A DNA stretch of 64,000 nt from Mytilus californianus (taxonomy: Eukaryota). Location of the stretch: contig NW_026262581.1 of the NCBI RefSeq assembly GCF_021869535.1, forward strand, positions 109,988,001 through 110,052,000. The letters run 5' to 3'. The position numbers and the translations under genes are program-made. This document shows positions 46,701-58,700 of the stretch, one piece after another. The notes beneath the pieces are model-generated. The model was given only the letters and a program-made list of their open reading frames with translations, ran no database searches and was not told the DNA's origin. Position 1 is the first letter of the stretch, and each line of letters opens with the position of its first letter.

Positions 46701-49700
46701 TGACTTCCATAGATAAAACACAGATCAAGTTGAATTTGGGTAGTGTCACTTTAACCATTATTGAGTAATGCCCCTTTATAAATAGAAAAATTGCTGAATT
46801 TTTAGTTTCTGTTCTCTGCTTAAGTTAGCCTCAACCAAATGTTATGAGACTTACACACAAAACTCAGATCAAGTTCAAATTTGGGTAGCGTCACTTTTAC
46901 TGTTCTTCAGTTATGTCCCTTTATAACTATATGATATGCAAGCGGGGGCATCATCTGTGTCCACATGTGGACACTATCCACATTTATTTAATTCATTTCC
47001 TGAACTTAACACAAAAAAGGTTGATTTAAAATTGAACAACCTTGTATATTGAACCATCAAGCATTTTTTGTACTTCAAGAATCAGTTTAACAAAATATAT
47101 GCATACACTTTCTTTTAAAAATAAAATATTTCAGATAATTTTGTGAACTTTTTTATTTTTCAAAGTGGTTATAAAATAGGAATGAATCATTACAGGGTTG
47201 TTTGTGTAGGAGGTGATGGTATGTTCTCTGAGTTACTAAATGGTCTGTGTGAAAGAAAATTAAAAGAGGCAGACCTTGAACAAACACAGGAACAAAATCC
47301 TTTACCACCTGATATAAGAATTGGAATTATACCAGCAGGTAAGAATGCAGACACAAACTTTCTTCCTCAAAATCAGCAATAAAACTTATGAAAATGATAA
47401 AAATGAATAGAAGGAAATAATGGGTAATGGTCAATGAGACGGCAACCTAACAACACAATAAAACCAACAATATCTAGGGTAAACAAATAGCAAACATCAA
47501 AAGAGAGATGTCTATGCAATAGATCAAGCTCTAGACCTCCAGAGTCTTGAAACATAGTGAATAAGTCATGCTTTTATTGTATTTTCCAATTTGGATAGAA
47601 TTTTATTTAAATGTTTCAGAAATAATGCAACAAAAGTCCACATAACTTTTACAGTTAAAAAGCTACATAAGGTTAACAGGGCTTTTTACATGATACATAT
47701 TAACAGATTACTATGTCCAACTTTTTACTGTTTCAAGATCAATTCTGTCTTTATAGATTTAGGTTGTGAAATATTGTGAGGTCACTTTTCTATTATTAAA
47801 AACCATATATGTTAACCTCAATACATCTTTTTGTTTTTGTTTTATTTTTAGGTTTCTGTCTGATTGACTTATTATTACCAAGATCTCTTTCTATTGATAT
47901 TGCATCATGTATATAAATACATACAGAAAAAAAAGACATGTTATGCATACAATAAAACGAATAAAAAGTATAAACTAAATATCTTACTGAACAATCGATC
48001 TGAAATATTCAGTTACATGATTTTAGACTGAAGAACTGGGTGACTGTATGAAGCAGTGCCAAAGCAATTACATTTTTCTAATGTTGTAAATTTTGGTAGT
48101 ATTATATTTTCTTTTCTTTATAAAACAGGATCAACAGACTGTATAGTTTATACCACTGCAGGAACAAATGATCCTGTTACTTCAGCATTACATATTATAC
48201 TAGGTAGGTTATTGTTGTTACAAAAATGGTATGCATACATAAGATTCTTTTATAATATTTCTGATTGATCTTATTTTAGGTTTAAAAAAAATTAGTGCAC
48301 AAACAGGCTCATACAATATTTATTATTACCTAAGAAGATGGATAGTATGAGAATGCTTGCTTTGATATAAATCAATCTTCAGAGTTTTACAAGGCCTGAA
48401 TAGACCCAAAGTCATAATTGAAAAGTCAAGCTCATATTTTATGCATTTCAACTTAATATTGTGTGTGCAGGGCAGGGTTGGCAAAAACCCGGATTCTATG
48501 AGTATTGCCCAGCTGGAAAAACCCGGGTTTTACTGGGTTTTACCAGGTAATACTGGGCAATACTGGGTAATAAGAAATACTGGCCTGAATTTTAAAGAGG
48601 ATTCAGAGATTTATCACAAATGCAATACATTAAAGTCTAAGAATTCAATTTGGTTTTTTTAATAAATATAACTAATATTAAGAATTAACAATTCTATGTA
48701 AGGAAAATAACTTTTAAACATTTTTGTTCATTACTAAAAATGTTTACTAAGTTTTAGCATATGTTTATGTACATCACTAATTAATAAGTAATTATTCAGA
48801 TTATAATACAGATTTGTATATATAACAATAGTCAGCCTTTTGATTTCTGTAAGTGTTCATGGCCTGTCCCCTAAAGGTGTTTATTTAGCAATATGATTGT
48901 ATAACAATTAAATTTACAATTCACTTAAACACTGCAATAAAATGCATTTTTTCAACTTGGATTTAATATTGAAACAAAGCTTGGAAATTAAAAAGGTATC
49001 CTGAAATATTCAAAACTAGTATTCTGCCTACATAGAATTAGTGGAGAAAATGAAGAAATTGAATTTTCAATCTTCAGGAATGACTCTCAATTGTTATCTG
49101 TATAAAATGTATATATTTAGCTATAATACTATTAAACTACAACAAGTCTGTACTATTTTGTGTAAAAATAATCTTGAAAAATCATATCCAGTATTGCCCA
49201 GTATTACCCGTTTTTAGGAGTATTGCCCAGCCCGGGAAATCCCGGGTTTTCCCACCCGGGATTTTCCCGCCCAGGTAATACTTTGCCAACCCTGGTGCAG
49301 GGCTCACACTACTTCAGAATCATAGGGAGAAGTGCTCATTCGCTCGCGGCGCTACAATGTTTGGTTTTTCCTATAATACAAAGAGCCATATGAATCATTT
49401 TTATACGACCTCAAAAATTTTTTGCGGTCGTATATTGGTATGACGATGGCGTCGTTGTCGTCGTCCGAAGACACATTGGTTTTCGCACTATAACTTTAGT
49501 TTAAGTGAATGGATCTCTATGAAATTTTACCATAAGGTTAAATACCACAAAAGGAAGGTTGGGATTGATTTTGGGAGTTATGGTACCAACAGTTAAGGAA
49601 TTAGGGGCCAAAAAGGGGCCAAAAATAAGCATTTTCTTGTTTCCAGACAATAACTTCTGGAACGGTGTATGGATCTCTCTGAAATTATACCACAAGTTTC

Positions 49701-52700
49701 CATACCACAATGGGATGGTTAGGATTTGCTTTGGGGGTTTATGGCTCAAGCCGTTTAGGAATTAGGGGCAAAAAAGGGGGAAAAACAAGGTTGTCCTGGT
49801 TAATGGACAAATACTGTAGTACAAAACATAATTTAAAACAGTGTAAGGGAGGTAATCCAAATACAATGTTTTGATTACTTCCCTTACACTGCTTTTAAAT
49901 TATGTTTAAAGAAATGCATATTTATAAAGAAAGACCAGTAAAAATATCTGCAAATGTTGCATCTTTTTTTTTACAAAAAAATCAATATGAAAGATTTGAC
50001 ACCATATTTTAAATTCTATTATAAAATAGATTAAGTAAGCTCTATGGTAAATTTAAATGGGTAATTATGGTTGCAAATTCCATTGGAAATTTGAATTGAG
50101 ATTATGACCATATCTTGAGGGAAAGAATTTTTTGGGGGAAAAAGGGGGGGGGGGGGGGTCAATTTTTTTCTCATTTCAGATTTCAGAAATTAAAAAGACT
50201 TATTCTTCAAATATTATTTTTTTTTCAAATTTCAAATATTTAAAAATTTCAAGAAGTAATCTTTAATTGCACAGTATGGCGCATTAGATTTATAAAATCT
50301 TTGACCACATTTATTTATGTGTTATGCCGAATCTAACCGTGTATTTAGATTTTTAATTTTGGGTCCAGTTTTCAAATTGGTCTACATTAAGGTCCAAAGG
50401 GTCCAAAATGAAACTTAGTTTGATTTAAACAAAAATTGAATATATGGGGTTCTTTGATATGCTGAATCTAAACATGTATTTAGATTTTTGATTTTTGGCC
50501 CAGTTTTCAAGTTGGTCCAAATTGGGGTCCAAAATTAAACTTTGTTTGATTTCAACAAAAATTGAATATATGGGGTTCTTTGATATGCTGAATCTAACCA
50601 TGTATTTAGATTTTTTATTTGTGGGCCCTGCTATCAAATTGGTTCATATTGAGGTCAAAAGGGTTCAAAATTAAACTTTGTTTGATTTCATCAAAAATTG
50701 AATTATTGGGGTTCTTTGATATGCCAAATCTAACCGTGTATTTAGATTTTTAATTTTGGGTCCCGTTTTTTAAATTGGTCTACATTAAGGTCCAAAGGGT
50801 CCAAAATTAAACTTAGTTTGATTTTAACAAAAATTGAATTCTTAGGGTTCTTTGATATGCTGAATCTAAACATGTGTTTAGATTTTTGATTATGGGCCCA
50901 GTTTAGTTGGTCCAAGTTGGGGTCCTAAATTAAACTTTGTTTGATTTCAACAAAAAATGAATATAAGGGGTTCTTTGATATGCTGAATCTAACCATGTAG
51001 TTTGATTTTTTGGCCCCGTTATCAAATTGGTCCACATTGAGGTCAAAAGGGTCCAAAATTAAACTTTGTTTGATTTCATCCAAAATTGTATTCTTTGGAT
51101 TCTTTGATATGCTGAATCTAACCATGTATTTAGATTTTGGATATTGGACCATAATAGGTAAATTAAAAAAAATTAAGTTCTTAGATCACATTCATTCTGT
51201 GTCAGAAACCTATGCTGTGTCAAATATTTAATCACAATCCAAATTCAGAGCTGTATCAAGCTTGAATGTTGTGTCCATACTTGCCCCAACTGTTCAGGGT
51301 TTGACCTCTGCGGTCGTATCAAGCTGCGCCCAGCGGAGCATTTTATTTTTATATTGTTCAATTTGTACCTGGGTATACAATTAAAGTAACAGTTCAAATT
51401 CAAAGTTGTTTAATTTTATCATATCTAGTTGCACAATCATATTAGTCCTCTTGTCAGAAAAAAACAATTAAATATCTGGCAATAATAAAAAAGATTTTTT
51501 TTTATATCAAAAAGGAAAAGAAAGTTGTTATATCAATTAAAATTCAATTAAAAACGACTCTGTTATCATGTTAATGAAATTAAGTATTTCTCATTAAATG
51601 ATATTTAAATTTAACAGTTTTATTTAACACAGTTAAGCTTGGACATAATATAATTATATTAGTGTAATAGTCCCAGAGTTGAGCAACTTTAATTTATAAA
51701 TTGAAACAATGAATATACATGGAAATATATACATTAATCAAGTAGATCTTACCAAAAGTATGTTAATGCTTGTGGAATGCATAATTTTTGTCTTGCCTTG
51801 ACGGAGTGAAAAAGCGAGACATAGGTATGCTGTTTCCGGCGACGGCGGTGGCGGCGGCGTCAACAATGTATTTGTTTGTTATTAGGTCTAGTTCATGGTG
51901 AACCACTAGTGGTAGGTCAATTATATTTGGTATGCAGTTGTATTAGCATTGGCACATCTCATTACCATAGAGATTATTTGGCCCTGCCCCTTCAGTCAAG
52001 GTCTATTGACTTTGAAACTTTTCATAGTTTACATGTATAAGTTTGTGATTAGGTCAATTTATAGGGAACCACTAGTGGTAGGTCAATGATATTTGGTATG
52101 CAGTTGTATAAGCATTGGCATATCTCATTTCCATGGAGATTATTTGGTTCCACCCCCTTAGTCATGGTCTATAGACTTTGAAAATTTTGCTAAGTTAACA
52201 TGTATTAGTTTGTGATTAGGTCAGTTCAAGGGGAACCATTAGTGGTAGGCCAATGTTAATTGGTGTTCAGTTGTATAAGCATTAGCACATCTCATTTCCA
52301 TGGAGAATATTTGGCCCGCCCCCTCAGTCATGGTCTATTTACTTTCAAACTTTTGCTTAGTTTACATGTATTAGTTTGATTAGATCAGTTTAAGATGAAC
52401 TGCTAATGTTAAGTCAATGATATTTGGTATGCAAATTTATTGGCATTTGCAAGTATCGTTTCCATGGAGATTATATAGCCCCACCCCTGATCATGGTTCA
52501 TTGACAGTGTTCTCCCCAGGCCGTTTTAGCGTCGCGGTACCGCGACGCTATATTTTTTCCTGTGATGCTATAATAATTTCCGCGATGCTATAATTATTTT
52601 GAGGATGCTATTTTTCTTGTTTCTATATCCAAAATCCATGTCCTAAATTTTGAACTTTCATCTAATTACCGCGTATGATCATAAAAATTATATCACCTTT

Positions 52701-55700
52701 AAGTGTAATCCCTTCAAATCGGACAATAGAGGCATTTAAGAGTGATTAAATAGGTGTTAATTACCCTTTGGGTGATAACTGTTTGGATACGAATACCCCA
52801 AGCTGACACTTGTGACATGATTAATACCACGTGGTCTGTCTGCAATCGCAAATTAAGACATGGAAAAAATGTAATCATAAAACAATTCGAAATCTACGTT
52901 TTGTATTACGGAAATTCAAAGATACAAACGATTTTTCTCTTTATAAATGAGGTTTGGTCGTTTATTTTGACAACTTTCATAAAATTACTTTCTTTCTCTT
53001 CCGCCGGTACTACTTGTTAATCGAGAGCGAACATATCGGTTTTGGGCGAAATAAGTTGGCTTAAGTTTATGTTTCATCCATTTAATACATCAAAAGCGTC
53101 ACATTCTTTCCCAATCTCTTGTCAAACATTGTTTATTTTCGTTAATTTTTCTTCGGCCGCCATTGACTACTTTTGTGTAAACTACCGATCGGAACCGGAC
53201 CAGATATGACAAAAATCCGCATTTTTACGATAATAACTACAGATGCACAAATGGCACAGCAGACAGAAAAAAATATACCAAAAAGAGAAAACTATGCATT
53301 AACAGACTATTTGTTAGATAACTTTGTTAAAAATATCTATCACCTTGATATAAAGAAACAACTGGGACTAATTCATTGAGTACCATGAAACAATGAATTT
53401 TTAGACATGAAAATTTTTTTTTAATTGAAATTTTATTGCTTTATGATACTTTCTCTTTTTTTACTTGATATTTAGTATTGTATATATATAAAGGTTGCAC
53501 TATAAAAACCATTCACTCATTCATTTAGTTGGGTAGGTAGGGTAACTAGAACCAGAGACATATATTGTATTATATGTCTCTGCTAGAACCACACATATAT
53601 TGTTATATGGCCCAAGAGGAAAACAATAATTCTGTACAGTAACTATAAATGAATATAGAAAACATAAACTGAAACAACTGTTATCATGGTTATATTTTAA
53701 TTGTATTCTCAGTTATGAATTGAACAATATAAACATATATACCATAAAGGAAATAGAGCATCACCGCGACGCGACAAATGACATTGAAAAAATACAGTTT
53801 ATTTTTTTATGCCAAATGTGATGCTATCCAAAATATCTGGTGAGAACACTGATTGACTTTGAAACTTTTACATAGTTTACAAGTTAATGTTTGTGTTTAG
53901 GTTTGTTAAAAGGGAATGACTTATAATAAGTCAATGGTATTTGGTATGCAGTTGTATTAGCATTGGCACATCTCATTCCATGGAGATTGTTTAGCCATGT
54001 ACCTTCAGTCATGGTTCATCGACTTTGAATATTTGCATAACTTACATGTTAAAGTATTGCTATTTTAATTTCAACATTTGCATTATCAAAATTACAAAAA
54101 GGTGAGACATATCTCTGTGATTCCTTTTGAGATCAATTTTCTTCTGTCAGCTGTGCCATTCATGCGTCCGTAGTCATTATCGCATGAATCCGGATTTCGG
54201 TCATAGCTGGTCGGTTTCCTATGAAATCCCGACTCCGATCCGTAGTTGTACAATAATTTGTCCAAAAATTTCAATGGCGGACGAAGAAAATTTACAAAAA
54301 TAAACGATGTTTGACACGGTATTTGGAAGGGAATATGACGTTTTTAATGCAATATAAGGATAACAAATTTACTTCAGGCAAATTTCATCACGTTCTTATG
54401 AAGTAACAAGCTTATTTTGCTGAAAGTTTGAATGATTTGATGTACGCTCTCGAGTAAGAAGTACCGGAAGTGATAAAAAAATTGTCTTTATGAAAATAAC
54501 ATGAACCAATTTTAAAATCAATGCTTTAACCTCTTTTCTAAAGAAAATAAATCGTTTATGTCTTTGAATTTCTTTACTTTCAAATGAAAAATTGCTGTTT
54601 CATCAACTTGGTAAATGTTGAATATTGCCGATGACGAAAGCGACTAAAAGCGAGTATCATGAACAACAGGGCGACTAGATTTCGCTTTTGACGTTCGGGC
54701 AAAGCGAAGTGACGGACGGGAAAGCGACTTTGTCGCCCCAGTCGCCTGCTAGCATGAGCCCTGGAGTGTGCCATATCTTTGTACTGCATGCTTGTATTTA
54801 TTCCCTTCTCACAGTTTTTGCCATGTGTTCCAAGGGTAGTGAGACCTTGTCTTAATATTCACTTTTAAACAGTCATGGTCATTTCGATACAAGCGTTGTA
54901 ATAGTTTAAGTCTATATCTTTGTAGAGTCTTGTTGGGTCAACTTGATTTATTGGAGTGTATTTGTGTATTTTGCATGATATAAACAAGTGTTTCAGCAAA
55001 CAGAAAGATGACTTGATAAGAATGGGTCAAACTTATCAAAGTCAGTTCATTCATTATGACATTGGTGATGTGTCCAGGTCAAAGTTATTAAAGCCAGGTT
55101 AAGGTACTTGACGTCACAAAGCCGTGATATATAATTTGATGAAGAGCTGAATAGAGTGATGCAGACAGTGGGAACACCGATAAAAGGTCATATCTGGAAG
55201 ATTAAGGTCACAGTTAGTAATTATAAAAATCATTTCAGATTGAAACCTGAAGCAGGATTTTCTTTCATTGATTCCTTCTAGTTTTAAGTCTGTGAAAACT
55301 AGAAAATTTTGCCTTGATCAGCAAACACTATTTTATGTTATTCTTCTTCAATGATTTATTGTTATCTCCTGATTAGATAGGCTGTATTGTCAGAGTGGTC
55401 AGTGGCCAGTAGTGGTAGAGGTATTAGAGGACAATTATGGTTTTGATAGATTGGTAAAGATACGTCATGTGATTAGTAGATATTTAATGTAACAAGTAAC
55501 ATGTATCCTTATCTATATTTTCAGGTGACAATGTAGGTTTAGATGTCTGTTCAATATACTCAAATGATAAATTTCAACGTTACAGTGTCTCAATGTTAGC
55601 ATATGGTTACTATGGTGATATTTTGTTAGATAGCGAAAAAAATCGATGGATGGGACCAAAAAGATATCATGTTGCAGGTAAACACTAATTTCACTTGCAT

Positions 55701-58700
55701 TTCATCTGTTTCAAAGTGAACTGTCAAACTTAATTTTTGTATAAATATGGAGAATCTGGAACATTCATTTGACAGAAGCATCACAGTCTTACTTATACCC
55801 AAGCTTGAGGAAAGCTTCACACATACTACACATATATTGCTGTAAAAAAAGAGGAGATACCAAGGGAGCAATCAAAAATCATAATTTCAAAACCATGGCC
55901 AAAAAGAAAAACGATAACAATGACAAAATACTTCACAGAAATCTACAGTTTTTACTATGAACCATCATTCAAGTGAGGGATAGAAGCTTATTGTTATAGT
56001 TTCATAATTTTGAATTTTGCCTTAAGAGTATGCAGTACTAATTGTTAAACAATTTGTCTTTGGAAGATGGCAATTACAAACCCAACTAATTTTACTGCTT
56101 CAAGTTTTCATGGCTGTTTTGGAAATAACATGAATATTATTTGATTGTTACAGGTGCCAAAAAATTTCTTGGAAATAAGGCTTACCATGGAGAAGTCACA
56201 TTTAGATTATCTTCAGACTCGGATAGTAATCCAAGAGATAAAAAGAAATGTTTAAATGAGTAAGATATGATAAATACATTGTTGAGAAAGGGGTCAATTT
56301 CATAAAAATGTGCATGAACAGAAATCCTAATATTATTTCAATTACTACTGAAAGACAAAACAGTAGAAATAAGTCATATTGTATATTTTTTCCTCTTTTC
56401 CACTTTATTCTGATCCATTATTATTTTGTTACCCATACACTCTTATTAAGTATTGATATGTGCAATATTAAGACAAGAGAGACATGTGATCATCAACCTA
56501 AGTAGTGATAAGGACTTTTGAAAAAAGAACATACTCAGAACTTGATCCAAGATAAGCCTATAGCTTGCTCATCGTTACTCTGCTATTGCTTCTTTAAGAA
56601 GCCTTCTTATTGATTTTTGGATGCCCCTTAAAATGCTTTTGTAAATTGCTTATAAATTTTCTTTAGAAAACATTGCATCGTAGTAATAAACAATTTAATA
56701 AAAGTAGTTTTTTTAAGCTTTTAAAACTGTTATAATTTTGTGAAAACTTAGCTATATCTCTGTTTGACAGGCACAGGTGAGGTAGTATGCTCTTTTTTTG
56801 AGCTCAAGAATTTTGTATGCCTTTCAAAAAATTTTAGGCTGTAAAAAGTGATATGTATCAATGATGATTTTATATAAATTCATTGACATTATGATGATAT
56901 TTCACATTTCTGATACATGATCAATAACCATTTTTTGCAGGTGTAATACTTGTTGTCTGGCTGGTTCCAGGGCAGTGGATAAGCACTCCAAGATGAATGA
57001 TGGTATAATATTTTGTAGAAATTAGATAATTATTAACCTACCTTAGTTCTATAGGTGTCTAAGTTTATATTATACATTTTGAGCCATTTGGAGTTCGATG
57101 ATGGTACTGGATATGAATGTTACCAATCATTAATGAGGGGTTACACATTAAGTTCAAATGTCCACCTACAAGTCCTAGATCACAGATTTGACTTTAGATT
57201 TAAAATCATATGGCCACAAAATAATTTCTGGCATATTACTTAAGTCTTATTAGATATTGATAATACTTTTTTTTTAAATGATTTTCAGCACCTCAAAAGA
57301 TGTATTTTGAATAAGGTTGCATTAAGACAAAGTGACAAACCAAGCTCATTTGAGGGATATTTATAATTATAAACAATCCTAGATGAATGACGGTAAATCA
57401 GTTGTTTATGGTATATAACTTTTTAATCCCTTTAAGTACTTTGATGCTTGTTATAAAAGAGGGGCGAAAGATACCAGAGAGCAGTCACACTCATAGATCG
57501 AAAACAAACCGACAAGGCCATGGTTAAAAAATAAAAAGACAAACAGACAAATAATAGTACACAAGACACAACATAGAAGACTAAAGACTAAGCAACACGA
57601 ACCCCACCAAAAACTGGGGGTCATCTCAGGTGCTCTTGAAGGGTAAGCAGAATCTGCTCCACATGTGGCACCCGTCATGTTGCTCATGTTATTACAAATC
57701 CGGTAAATAGTCTAATTCGGTAGGTCACATTCGTGGTGAAAAAGGAAGTGGATTGTAATTACGACATAAGGAACCTTGACTTCATTAGATGGATATTCTC
57801 TACTATATATACTTTAGTGGACAGGAATAATCTTACCAAATATCACAGGTATTTTGAAGTGGTTCAAAAGTTATACTGTTGAAATGAAACCTGTTCACAT
57901 TGTCTAATATAGAAACTATGATTAAGATGTTGACTCTAGGTAAATACTCAAATCTTGTAATCTTACTGTAGAGATTGGGAACAACAGTAAAATCCATCAT
58001 TACTCTACTGTATTATGGTTCTATATGTATACCATTTTCACTTCTAAAGTTTTTATGTGATAAATCTATACCGTAGCAATACCTCATGAAACCTAGGAAA
58101 CATGTTTTATGTTATTGTCATTACACTAAATCTGTTAGATGTGTACTGATTGGTACTTTAGTCTGGGAGAACATAATTTATTTACTAGTAGTTATTGACA
58201 TTGAACTAGCTTTCAGTAAATGTGAGTTTTCTTAGATCAGTACTTTGTGTCTTTTGTCTTTATGTTAATTGTTTTTTTGTGATCTGTGCTGATCTGATGA
58301 GTCAAACCATTTCCAACTGATTTTAACAGTTTGTTCTTATGATGTGCTGTTACACCATTGTCACTGGTTAATGGGAGTGTTGAGAGCTCACAAACATGTT
58401 TAACCCCACCACATTCTATATGTGCCTGTCCCAAGTCCCTGTAATTCAGTGGTTTTCATTTGATGCTGTCTGTCATATTTGTTTTTCGTTTATTGTTTTG
58501 TCATAAATGCAGCTTTTTTTTTGTATGAATTGTTTCACATTTTGTTATGTAGGGGCCTTTTGTAAATGACTGTGGTATGGTTAATTCTTATTGTTGAAGG
58601 CTGTACACTGACCTATAATTGCTTCAATCCACATTATTTGGACTCAATCGGATGGTTGTCTTATTGGCACTCATACCACATCTCCTTATTTTATATTAAT

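Larger units (their letters stand above)
51789..54140 (+). mobile_element. HINE-type element with 166-167-bp tandem units, interrupted by 52505..53851
   Basis: 5' gtcttgcc...gcgagac with (ggc)n; unit starts at 51900, 52066, 52233; the unit sequence resumes after 53851; 3' 'aggtgagacatatctc'. Confidence 0.8.

Noticed and set aside
43238-46716. Recurrent ORFs such as 'NFGGVTLTVLELCPF' and 'PQPNVMKLIHNAYYHKTQIKFEFWWRHF'
   Set aside because: Translations of the 161-bp HINE tandem unit, not genes.
58294-58320. CTGATGAGTC as a hammerhead core
   Set aside because: No GAAA or stems follow; it is part of an ordinary interspersed repeat.
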